A stretch of DNA of 64,000 bases, taken from assembly GCA_951813565.1 (NCBI GenBank), contig OX638351.1, forward strand, positions 1,728,001-1,792,000, written 5' to 3'. Positions 1 through 8,999 of this stretch are shown here, one piece after another. A program made the translations under genes and the position numbers. The notes under the pieces were generated by a model that was given only the letters and a program-made list of their open reading frames with translations, did no database searches and was not told the origin of the DNA. The stretch is from an uncultured Poribacteria bacterium (lineage in GTDB: Bacteria; Poribacteria; WGA-4E; WGA-3G). Position 1 is the first letter of the stretch. Each line of letters starts with the position of its first letter.

Positions 1-1164
1 ATCAATGCGTTTTTACAGGAAAACATCGTTGGCATGACGACGATGAAACTATTCGCGCAAGAACGCCGAAGCCATCTCCGTTTTAACGAACGCAACCGTA
101 GATATCTCGCTGCAAATTTGAAAAGTATTTTCTATTTTTCGATTTTCCATCCTTTGATTGAAGTAACAGCATCACTTGCTACAGCAGTGATTATTTGGTA
201 TGGTGGGGGACAGATCGTGCAAGGAGCGTTGACTTTTGGTGTGTTAGTGGCATTTATGCGTTATGCCGAACGGTTTTTCTGGCCCATTCGCGAACTCAGC
301 GAAAAATATACTATCTTCCAAAATGCGATGGCATCTTCCGAGCGCATCTTCCATCTGCTTGATACAGAACCGGCTATCGTTTCTACTGCCGAGAAGAGTG
401 GAGTAGAAACGCTAAAGGGTGAGATTGAATTTCGGAACGTCTGGTTTGCCTATAATGATGACAATTATGTGTTGCGAGATGTTTCGTTTACGGTAAAACC
501 GGGTGAAAAGGTTGCACTTGTAGGACATACGGGGGCAGGGAAAACCTCTATCATCAACCTGCTGTGTCGGTTCTATGAAATCAACAAGGGACAGATTTTG
601 ATTGACGGTGTGGACCTCCGAGAAATGAACCTTGAGGAGCTGCGGCGTGCGATTAGCATTGTCCAACAAAATATCTTTCTCTTTTCCGATTCAATTGCGC
701 ACAATATCAGTCTGGGAGATCCGTCAATCTCATCGGAACAGGTGGCAACCGCATCAAAAGATGTGCATTTAGACAGGTTTGTCCAAAAAATGCCCGATGT
801 TTATGGCACAGAGATCAAAGAAGATGGTGGAGGCTTGTCTGTTGGACAGAAGCAGTTGGTAGCGTTTGCGCGTGCCTTAGCTTCCGATCCAAGCATCCTT
901 ATCCTTGACGAAGCCACTTCAAGCGTTGACACAGAAACCGAAATTCTGATAGAAGATGCACTCAGCCGTTTGATGGAAAATCGGACATCTGTTGTTATTG
1001 CGCACCGTCTTTCTACGATCCAAAATGCTGACAAGATTATCGTGATGCATCGCGGGGAAATCCGCGAGACAGGGACTCATAACGAATTGTTACAGAAAAA
1101 CGGAATCTATTATCGGTTGTATCAGTTGCAATATAAAGGGCAGGAAGCAAGGAGAAAAATGTAA
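1..1164 (+). CDS. ABC transporter ATP-binding/permease protein (MsbA/MdlB-like), 5'-truncated by window edge
   Basis: Frame open from base 1; TM segment, Walker A GHTGAGKT, signature LSVGQKQ, Walker B ILILDEATS, H-loop IAHRL. Confidence 0.93.
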   Translation: MNAFLQENIVGMTTMKLFAQERRSHLRFNERNRRYLAANLKSIFYFSIFHPLIEVTASLATAVIIWYGGGQIVQGALTFGVLVAFMRYAERFFWPIRELSEKYTIFQNAMASSERIFHLLDTEPAIVSTAEKSGVETLKGEIEFRNVWFAYNDDNYVLRDVSFTVKPGEKVALVGHTGAGKTSIINLLCRFYEINKGQILIDGVDLREMNLEELRRAISIVQQNIFLFSDSIAHNISLGDPSISSEQVATASKDVHLDRFVQKMPDVYGTEIKEDGGGLSVGQKQLVAFARALASDPSILILDEATSSVDTETEILIEDALSRLMENRTSVVIAHRLSTIQNADKIIVMHRGEIRETGTHNELLQKNGIYYRLYQLQYKGQEARRKM

Positions 1165-1198
1165 GCGTGCTTAAGGCTTTTGGTGTGGACATGTTTAT

Positions 1199-1945
1199 CT
1201 AATTTGACTTTAACAATTCCCGCATTTTCTTCTTTTCGTCTTTATCAAAATACTTTATTGCATTTTCATGGCTTTCCCTTGAAAAGGACTGACGGTATTC
1301 TGCAATAAAATTTATCACTATCTGTTTATCTACCTTTGATAATTCCCGCAATATCCATCCTACTGCTGTTTTAGCAAAACGTTCTTCTCTCTTAATCAGT
1401 TTCGCATTTGATTTCAATAATAGTGATGTGTATTTATTCTCTTTTGTTAATGTGGTAAAAGCAACCACAGAACATCTGGCTTGCCATACATTATTTGCGG
1501 TATGCCATTTAGATATTGCTTCGGCACACTTTCTACCATTGGCTTTTATCATTTGCCGTAACACTTTGGTACAAAACCAATCGCACACACTCCAATCGTA
1601 AATATATCCATTCTCAAAAATTGACTCAAACCTTGAAAGCAACGTTTTGTAATCAACTTTATCATACAGATAAAGTTGCAAGAACAAAATACCCGCAAGT
1701 TTATCTTCAGCATAGTCCTCTTCAAAAAATGAAAGTGCTAAGTCCAACTGCTCATCCAGTGGGAGTTTGTCAATGTTTTCTTGTTTATACCAGTCTTCTA
1801 ATTCGCTTCTAATTGTAGGGATTTCTACGCCACGATATTTGGTATCGTGTTTAATGTAATTTTCGAACCATAATTTTCTTTTTTTATCTGCGAATTTGGC
1901 TATACGGGATTTTAGTTTTTCTTTCAGTTTACTGTTATCTGTCAT
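1199..1945 (-). CDS. DNA alkylation repair protein (AlkD-like HEAT-repeat family)
   Basis: DWSVCDWF, W..R, and KTAVGWILRELSK motifs typical of the AlkD family; AT-rich. Confidence 0.8.
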   Translation of the reverse strand: MTDNSKLKEKLKSRIAKFADKKRKLWFENYIKHDTKYRGVEIPTIRSELEDWYKQENIDKLPLDEQLDLALSFFEEDYAEDKLAGILFLQLYLYDKVDYKTLLSRFESIFENGYIYDWSVCDWFCTKVLRQMIKANGRKCAEAISKWHTANNVWQARCSVVAFTTLTKENKYTSLLLKSNAKLIKREERFAKTAVGWILRELSKVDKQIVINFIAEYRQSFSRESHENAIKYFDKDEKKKMRELLKSN

Positions 1946-1983
1946 AATTATATTTTTTACACACCGAATATCTTCAATTTTCC

Positions 1984-2568
1984 CTAGTCTTCCGGTATGT
2001 CAAACACGACACCGTCCTTTTTCTTTTCGTAAAAAATCATCTTAACTTCTATGGATTCCGCTAAGATTGGCATTGCTTCATAGGTAATGGGCTTAATGGA
2101 ATAGGCATCTTCGCCTACGAACCCATCTATACCTTGAGATTCTTCAGAAGGTTCTGCCAAACGGTAGTCACAGCCTTTTATTTCGGCTAATTTTCTCAGA
2201 ATTGCCTCCTGAAATTTAAGTCCTGTATATGTCTTGACAAGAACCAGATCCTCTACCCATGCTTTAACCATAACCCGATCAATTTTGACGAATGCCTCGT
2301 TGAGTTTGTCTATCATTGTAATTATTTTTTCTGTTGCATCATCAATAGCATCGGGATATCTTTCTTGATACCACGTAACCCATTCGTCAAAAGTTTGTCC
2401 TGGAAATTCTTGTATCAGATCTGTCATTTGTCCAACAAATTTTGGACGTGTTGCTTGCGAATTTTGATTTGCAAGATTTATTAATTGAGTCGTGTACTTA
2501 GGAAATTCGTAAGTATGAGTCTTCACCACATATTCCTGAATCTCAGCATTTTTTAGTTTTATTTTCAT
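1984..2568 (-). CDS. MjaI-family type II restriction endonuclease
   Basis: FPKYTTQLINLANQNSQATRPKFVGQM N-terminus and EESQGIDGF...SIKP PD-(D/E)xK core; lies directly after a methyltransferase. Confidence 0.8.
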   Translation of the reverse strand: MKIKLKNAEIQEYVVKTHTYEFPKYTTQLINLANQNSQATRPKFVGQMTDLIQEFPGQTFDEWVTWYQERYPDAIDDATEKIITMIDKLNEAFVKIDRVMVKAWVEDLVLVKTYTGLKFQEAILRKLAEIKGCDYRLAEPSEESQGIDGFVGEDAYSIKPITYEAMPILAESIEVKMIFYEKKKDGVVFDIPED

Positions 2569-2592
2569 AATAACTCTTTGAGCGATATGAAG

Positions 2593-3735
2593 TCACTGTG
2601 CGTTGAATATATTAAGTTGAGAATGTTTATGGTAAGATTTCGTTTTCTTTCCAAGCAGAGTTTCTGGAGTTTGCTCAAAATCCACAGTTTGCGGTTTCAG
2701 TGAATAGATGACTTCAAAGATGTTGTCTTTGAGTGCTTGGACCTCTTTTAAACCGTTTAGCAAAATAAACTGCTCCTGACTCGCCACCACTGGACAGCCA
2801 TAATGCTTGTTTGTATATTTCAGTGGTGCCGAGTTTTCGATCCGATTTTTGACAAACTCAAAATGTCTTAGCAATCTATCGTGCAAATAATCATTTGAAA
2901 AATTGACAATACTGCATGCAATCGGATGAATCGCCTGTTCAAAACTCTTATCAATTTCAACACCGATGCTACTACGTCCCGATGTCATCGCAGCTGCAAT
3001 CGTGGTTCCCGTGCCTGAAAACGGATCAAGTATTACATCCCCTTTTACAGAGTACATATTGATCAGGCGATAAGGCAGCTGATAAGGAAACGCCGCACTT
3101 CTCAATCGCGACATTTCGTTTGAAAGTTTCTGCTCTGTTCCCTTAATGTCTGTCCAAACATCCGAATACCAGACGTTCCGTTCTTCCCAAAACAGTGCGC
3201 TTTCACGTCTATTTTCTTTTTCTTCCTCTGTTTTAAATTCTCTTTTAGAGCCTTTTCTCACTATCAGAATGTACTCGTGTTCAAGAGTTACATAGGCACC
3301 TGCAGGTAACATCCCTGATCCCATAAATTTGTTAGGAGTGTTGGCCTGTTTTCGCCAGAGGATATCAGGCAGTGCTGAAAACCCGATATTTAAAAGATAA
3401 GTCAAGATTCTCGCGTGGTTCGGATACAAACAGAAATTGCCATTTACCGTCCTTGTCGCATCACCTATGTTAATACAAGCAAATCTGTCGTTCTTTAAGA
3501 CTCTAAATACTTCGTTCCATACAGAATCAAGAATCTCGTGTATTAACGCATAAGCGAGTTTTCCATCTCCGTTAGCTAACGCACTCTGGATGCTTGGATT
3601 CTGATTGCCAAACATTTCATCCCACATCTCAATCATAGGATAAGGTGGCGAGGTAACTATCAGATCAACACTTTCTGACGGTATATTTTTTAAATCGCGA
3701 GAATCTTGAAAAAGAATCTTGTGGGTAGTTTTCAT
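2593..3735 (-). CDS. Site-specific DNA methyltransferase, beta class (N4-cytosine type)
   Basis: Motif IV TSPPY near N-terminus; motif I DPFSGTGTT near C-terminus. Confidence 0.9.
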   Translation of the reverse strand: MKTTHKILFQDSRDLKNIPSESVDLIVTSPPYPMIEMWDEMFGNQNPSIQSALANGDGKLAYALIHEILDSVWNEVFRVLKNDRFACINIGDATRTVNGNFCLYPNHARILTYLLNIGFSALPDILWRKQANTPNKFMGSGMLPAGAYVTLEHEYILIVRKGSKREFKTEEEKENRRESALFWEERNVWYSDVWTDIKGTEQKLSNEMSRLRSAAFPYQLPYRLINMYSVKGDVILDPFSGTGTTIAAAMTSGRSSIGVEIDKSFEQAIHPIACSIVNFSNDYLHDRLLRHFEFVKNRIENSAPLKYTNKHYGCPVVASQEQFILLNGLKEVQALKDNIFEVIYSLKPQTVDFEQTPETLLGKKTKSYHKHSQLNIFNAQ

Positions 3736-4436
3736 AGGAGGTATTGCCTAATTGAATGATATACAGTGCATCTTGCTGAAAATTCAGATAGTTTCGCCTA
3801 AATTATAACATATTTAAGGAAAACCTCCAATAGAATTAGTTTAAGTTGCAGAGGCATTCAATTTTCGTCTAATTATCCGTTTTAGTTGAAAAGTTGGGAC
3901 CTAAAAATCGTTCCGAGATGCACGAATTGATTGTATTTTTCTTCTCATTTTATTGAAATCATCTCCTTAAAAAGTTGCCATACGGTAACTTTTTTCATAC
4001 CGTGGTAACTTTTTGAAATTTGCTATCAGATCAGTATCTATAGGGGTTTATAGACATTTTGTTTAAATTTTATATTTCATCTGCGTTGAGGAACACGGGT
4101 TTCCTTTTGCTGGAGATATTTTATTTTGATAAGTTTTGCGTTGTCGTCTTTGCATTAGAGAGTTACTTTCGATTTTCGGTGTGTTTGGGGATCGGTTTTC
4201 TCTTTTCATACTGATATTATAGCAAGTTCTGTGTAGTGATCAGAGGTTTTTGTGGCGTTAGGAACAATAGATATCCAATATATTGACAATAAGTTTGCAG
4301 GAAAAGTTGGGTTGATACGTTTTTTGCATCTTGGATGCGCGTGCATTTTGTTGTCAGCATGGTGGTTGACGCGATTTTTTGGAGTCTTGGGAAAGAAAGA
4401 AATCATTGGAGAATTGAATGGCTCTGGTTAAGTTGT

Positions 4437-4688
4437 CAGGGCTATTTAGTTTTCGATTTTTATCACAAATGTTAATCTTTTATAATAAGCAGAGAGTGTG
4501 TAAAGTTTGCTACTATGTTGCACTGGATCGTATCTTGTGAAGTATGAAGAAAGATGGTATCCTCTCTAATAAATGATATTTTTAGAAAAAGGTGTCATTT
4601 TTGTATACATTGCAAGATCGCCATTCAGGTCATGTCTGTGACAAAAACTCTATACACCCGTCAACAAAGGTAGAACTATTTAGCCTTC
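4437..4688. mobile_element. Degenerate CAGGGCTATTTAG-type MITE with a nested GxGTGTGTAAAG-type MITE (about 4493-4659)
   Basis: Left end CAGGGCTATTTAGTTTTC at 4437; degenerate right end AACTATTTAGCCTTC; internal GAGTGTGTAAAGTTTG...AAACTCTATACACCC. Confidence 0.55.
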
Positions 4689-4728
4689 AGTTTACGCGTT
4701 TTAGTTAGGACAGAGCGACTTGAAAATA

Positions 4729-5802
4729 TCAGTTGGCAAGGTAATCCTTGAGTTCTTCTAATACTACCGTTGCATAACCACCCGCAGGCAACGTAAAACA
4801 GAGGCGTAACCCCACAACTAAAGACTTAACCTGATGTAATTCCATAAGCATCCGTAGTGGACGACGCGTTCCCGGCAATCGAATTCCAACGACTTTGCGG
4901 AACGCGTCAAATTTCACCCCTTCGGCGGCAAGTAGTTCCACCTCCAACGCCTGTACTTCGCGAGCAGGTTGCCGCATCTTGTAGCCAAAGATCGGACCGG
5001 AAGGACTAATCTCAAACGCATCTGCTCGCGATTGTTCTACCGTAGTATTTTCAACAAGGAAAGGTGCCCCGTTGCTGTGCTTCACCGCAATATCACCATC
5101 CCAGAGTTGTCCTAAATTGGGCAACCGTTTCTCCAGAATACAATTAAACAAATACGCTTGATATGCGGACAAATATAATTTCCGAAGTCGATGCGGAATA
5201 CATGCCACTGCCTTCTCTATTGATCCTTTTTCTTTTTCTCGTTCTACTCGTTTCGCTAATTCACCGAACTGTGTTGTTTCATCTGCAAGCACGTAGCGCA
5301 ACACTGTTTCCCACTCAGCTTTTAGCAACGCCTTTCCTATTAGATGTGAGTCGTGTTTATTGCCGAATCGTTGCGCACCAAACCGATTTGGTACTCCTTC
5401 AGTTGCTAACCGTAGCATATTTTTTTCAATAACCGGTAATGCTGCCTGTGAAACATCACGCAACGTTATCTCAAACCGATTGCCTTGAAGATGTCCTATC
5501 CGCAACTTATGCGCGTGTCGTTCTGCCCACGAAATCTCAATTGCTGGTAGTGTCAACTCCAAAACTTGTTCAGGCGGGATACCTTCCACAGATAAAACCT
5601 GCGTTGTGATAGCCCGTTTATCTTTTAATCCAGCATATCCAAAATCTCTGGAGTTCGCGTGTAATGCTCGTGCGATTTGATTAATTGCTTCCAACGTGCC
5701 AAGATTGTGTTTTCGGATAGCAAAAAACGTGTGCGTGCCTACTCGCGAAGGTTCATACAGTGGTATCTCTTCAACAATAAAATCTTTAGGTTCAATTCTC
5801 AT
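4729..5802 (-). CDS. truD: tRNA pseudouridine(13) synthase
   Basis: DFIVEE, GYAGLKDKRAITTQ, GHLQGNRF, NRFGAQRFG, FTLPAGGYAT motifs. Confidence 0.95.
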   Translation of the reverse strand: MRIEPKDFIVEEIPLYEPSRVGTHTFFAIRKHNLGTLEAINQIARALHANSRDFGYAGLKDKRAITTQVLSVEGIPPEQVLELTLPAIEISWAERHAHKLRIGHLQGNRFEITLRDVSQAALPVIEKNMLRLATEGVPNRFGAQRFGNKHDSHLIGKALLKAEWETVLRYVLADETTQFGELAKRVEREKEKGSIEKAVACIPHRLRKLYLSAYQAYLFNCILEKRLPNLGQLWDGDIAVKHSNGAPFLVENTTVEQSRADAFEISPSGPIFGYKMRQPAREVQALEVELLAAEGVKFDAFRKVVGIRLPGTRRPLRMLMELHQVKSLVVGLRLCFTLPAGGYATVVLEELKDYLAN

Positions 5803-5871
5803 TTTTCACCTGTCTTAATCATAATGCCCTGCTATCCATCTGTCAAGTTTTTAGATCATTTTGATTGAATT

Positions 5872-5966
5872 GGGTGTGTAAAGTTTTTGTAGAAATCCGC
5901 TCTACAGTGGAAAACGCCACGTAATCATTGCAAATTGAACCTATGTAACCAAATATTTACACACCC
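5872..5966. mobile_element. MITE with GGGTGTGTAAA terminal repeats (same ends as the IS at 41249)
   Basis: TIR GGGTGTGTAAA...TTTACACACCC; 8-bp duplication ATTGAATT at 5864-5871 and 5967-5974. Confidence 0.85.
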
Positions 5967-5974
5967 ATTGAATT

Positions 5975-6341
5975 CAGGGTTATTTAGTTTTCTATATTTC
6001 TGACTATTTCTGACGCATTTTATCACATGCATTAATTCTTTATAATAGTATCGTCCGTTGGGTAGAGCGGAGCGAAACCCATAGGTGTCAATTTAGCGTC
6101 CAATCTTTCTTGTGGGAGTGAATCAACGCCAAATGCGCTTTTTGGCATTTGTCGGGTTTTCAACCCCGATTTAACGGCTTGGGTCTCACAAAATCGGGCT
6201 TAGAAAGCCCTCCCACAAGAGAAAACCCAACATTTTTTTCTTAAGTTGACGCTTATGGGTAGAGCGGAGCGAAACCCAACGGACAATATAAACTTTCATT
6301 AACACGCATTAACTGATAATTCTTAAAACTAAATAGCCCTG
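5975..6341. mobile_element. CAGGGYTATTTAG-type MITE containing nested REP, CCATAGG-type MITE and micro-element
   Basis: TIR CAGGGTTATTTAGTTTT...AAAACTAAATAGCCCTG; flanked by CATTGAATT on both sides. Confidence 0.85.
6079..6258. mobile_element. CCATAGGTGTCAATTTA-type MITE inserted in a REP palindrome
   Basis: TIR CCATAGGTGTCAATTTA...TTAAGTTGACGCTTATGG; REP core GGGTAGAGCGGAGCGAAACCC present on both sides (6060-6080, 6257-6277). Confidence 0.8.
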
Positions 6342-6358
6342 CATTGAATTTGTTTCAC

Positions 6359-6387
6359 TTGACATCCCCCTCTGAATATGCTAAATT
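6359..6387 (+). promoter_or_regulatory. Putative sigma70 promoter of mutL
   Basis: TTGACA-17 bp-TAAATT with extended -10 TG. Confidence 0.6.
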
Positions 6388-6445
6388 AAACACATAAATT
6401 CAATATGATGGAGACAGACCACGCCAAAAACCAAGGTAAAAACAC

Positions 6446-8338
6446 ATGCCAAAAATCAAAATACTCTCTGCAGATGTGGCGAATAAAATTGCGGCGGGCG
6501 AAGTCGTTGAACGTCCCGCGTCTGTTGTCAAAGAACTCATAGAAAACGCAATAGACGCTGAAAGCACAAGTATCCGCGTTGAAATTCGTGCAGGTGGAAA
6601 ACGACTCATTCGCGTTTCTGATAATGGCAGCGGCATGGAACGTGAAGACGCTCTCCTCGCTTTAGAACGCCACGCAACAAGCAAAGTGAGCCGCATTGAA
6701 GACCTTGAAAATATCCATACCTTCGGATTCCGTGGTGAGGCGTTGGCGAGTATCGCATCTGTATCTCAGTTTGAACTTCTTACCCGTACTGCTGACGCTA
6801 TACAAGGAACAAAAATTAACGTTGATGGTGGCGTTTTTCGTTCTGTTGAAGAGAGTGGATGCTCACCCGGCACCCATATCTCAATAAACAACCTTTTTCA
6901 TAATGTTCCCGCACGTCTCAAGTTTCTCAAAACTGATACAACTGAGGTGCGCCACATTACTAATCAGGTGACGTGGTCCGCTTTAGCGCACCCGACACTA
7001 CACTTTTCGCTATCACACAACGGAAAATCAGTTTTGGATGTCCGTGCCTGCGATTCATATCTGGAACGTGCGCGCCTCTTATATGGCAAAGAATTTGCTG
7101 ATAACCTGATTGAATTTGCTGAAGAACTACCAGATTTTAAGCTTTCTGGTCTGCTTGGAAAACCCGATTTTACCAAACCGAACCGCGAATATCAGCTCTT
7201 TTTTATGAATGAGCGACCAATCCGAAGCCAAATGATTGGGGCAGCACTAAAAGAAGCACTCGGTGCGACAATTCAGAAAGATCGGCATGCTATTGCTTTA
7301 CTTTTCATGACTCTTGAACCCGATACAGTTGACGTCAACGTACATCCCGCCAAAATTGAGGTGCGGTTTCGTAACGAGCGGACGATTTTCAGCGGCATTG
7401 TCAGAATGATTCGTAACGTTATTCACAAAGAGAAGTTTATTCCGAAGATTGAAACGTCTGTAGAGATTGAACCCACATCTACTCAAGAAGTTGAGGTAGA
7501 AAATAAAGCGACCAGTGCACCACAGCAAATATCTACACCGAAATCCCGTCCACAACAGCCTTTTTCCAAAGATAGAACAGTAGGATCTATTGAAACACCA
7601 CAGCAAAAAGATGTCCCAACGGAAAAAGTTGAGTCTGAACCGCTTGATACACAACCCACAGTAGATGAAGATGTAAAGCCTGCCGCTGAAGTTCCTCGAA
7701 CTGTTGTGCAACCCCCTCAACAGCAAATTCCTGAAGGGGCAATGCTCAAACTGCTTGATTTTGACAATGTTGAACTGAAGACGAATCTCTTTAAGACCTA
7801 TATTGTTGCTGAAGGGGAAGATAGAGTCTTCTTTATAGATCAGCACGTCGCCGCAGAACGCGTGCTTTATGAACGTTTTGTGAACCAGATGAAAGCTGAC
7901 GGCATACCCGTGCAAGGGTTATTACTTCCTGTTACACTTGAAGCGACACCGCAACAGATTGCTATCCTCAAAGTCCACGAAAGCCTTTTCAGTAAAATTG
8001 GGTTTGAGTTAGAGGAATTCGGTGCCAACACGATACTAATTCGGGCAATACCATCGTCACTGCCTACCCGAATCGCCTCTCAGACTGTCACCGATCTGCT
8101 TGATAAGCTCTCCGAACAACCGCATACTGAGGTAGAAATCCCAAAAGCAATTGACGATGCTCTGATAACACTTGCTTGTCGTTCTGCTGTTAAAGCAGGG
8201 GATACATTGGACACCAAAGAGATGACTAACCTCATTCGCGAGTTATCCGAGGCTAAACTTCCGTTCAATTGTCCGCATTCACGTCCTATCATCATTGAAA
8301 TGGGACGTGATGAATTGGAACGCCGGTTCCATCGATAA
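6446..8338 (+). CDS. mutL: DNA mismatch repair endonuclease MutL
   Basis: IAAGEVVERPASVVKELIEN, GFRGEAL, DVNVHPAK, DQHVAAER, ACR, CPHSRP. Confidence 0.97.
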   Translation: MPKIKILSADVANKIAAGEVVERPASVVKELIENAIDAESTSIRVEIRAGGKRLIRVSDNGSGMEREDALLALERHATSKVSRIEDLENIHTFGFRGEALASIASVSQFELLTRTADAIQGTKINVDGGVFRSVEESGCSPGTHISINNLFHNVPARLKFLKTDTTEVRHITNQVTWSALAHPTLHFSLSHNGKSVLDVRACDSYLERARLLYGKEFADNLIEFAEELPDFKLSGLLGKPDFTKPNREYQLFFMNERPIRSQMIGAALKEALGATIQKDRHAIALLFMTLEPDTVDVNVHPAKIEVRFRNERTIFSGIVRMIRNVIHKEKFIPKIETSVEIEPTSTQEVEVENKATSAPQQISTPKSRPQQPFSKDRTVGSIETPQQKDVPTEKVESEPLDTQPTVDEDVKPAAEVPRTVVQPPQQQIPEGAMLKLLDFDNVELKTNLFKTYIVAEGEDRVFFIDQHVAAERVLYERFVNQMKADGIPVQGLLLPVTLEATPQQIAILKVHESLFSKIGFELEEFGANTILIRAIPSSLPTRIASQTVTDLLDKLSEQPHTEVEIPKAIDDALITLACRSAVKAGDTLDTKEMTNLIRELSEAKLPFNCPHSRPIIIEMGRDELERRFHR

Positions 8339-8380
8339 TACCATTTGATGCAATGGTTGGCTTCTTAGGATAAATTTCCC

Positions 8381-8626
8381 ATGAAAATAACCCGTCGATT
8401 TTTCATCACCCTATTTTTAACTTTTACCATATTTCTACCTAACGTATTTGCTCAAGATTACACTACATTGAGTTTGCCTGACGGTGCAATAGCACGTCTC
8501 AGCAAAGGTGAAATCACTGGGAACATCGCTTTCTCTCCAGATGGGAACACTATCGCTACTGGATGGAAGGATAACACGGCACGATTGTGGGACGCAATCA
8601 CAGGACAGCCCAAAGCTACCTTATAG
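8381..8626 (+). pseudogene. Truncated secreted WD40-repeat protein
   Basis: Signal peptide, [19 protein letters not shown], one WD repeat ([21 protein letters not shown]); stop codon falls in a MITE terminus. Confidence 0.8.
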
Positions 8627-8918
8627 TAAATTATACGACTTGTGCCAGTTAACATTTTGTTTTGTTGGTTTTCACATATATTTGCATTTGTGCTATAAAC
8701 ATATCGTCCCTACCAAATCAACGCCAAATACACGTTTGGTATTCAGCCAAATCAACGCAGCATGCGCGTATGGCATGCTGCGGGTATGAATGCCATTTAG
8801 GCATTCCCCGTATGGCATTCACCGCCTACTGGTCAATGTCCGAGGCGCAATGAATTGCGCGACTACAAACACATCAAACCTATAAAGAACTGTCCAGGTA
8901 ATTTTAGATTTCACTATA
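8622..8918. mobile_element. TATAGT-ended MITE with nested REPs and micro-elements
   Basis: Ends TATAGTAAA...TTTCACTATA; related ends at 18176-18335, 20544-20988, 48738-48872. Confidence 0.6.
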
Positions 8919-8932
8919 AATGAAATTATACA

Positions 8933-8975
8933 AGGGTAATCTCGTTCTATCGTTGCGATAAAACAAGATTACCCT
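8933..8975 (-). terminator. Hairpin downstream of the GH127 gene
   Basis: 20-bp stem AGGGTAATCTTGTTTTATCG/CGATAGAACGAGATTACCCT; mismatches are G-U pairs on the minus strand; no long U tract. Confidence 0.5.
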
Positions 8976-8999
8976 GTAGGTTTAATCGGACAAGTCAAT

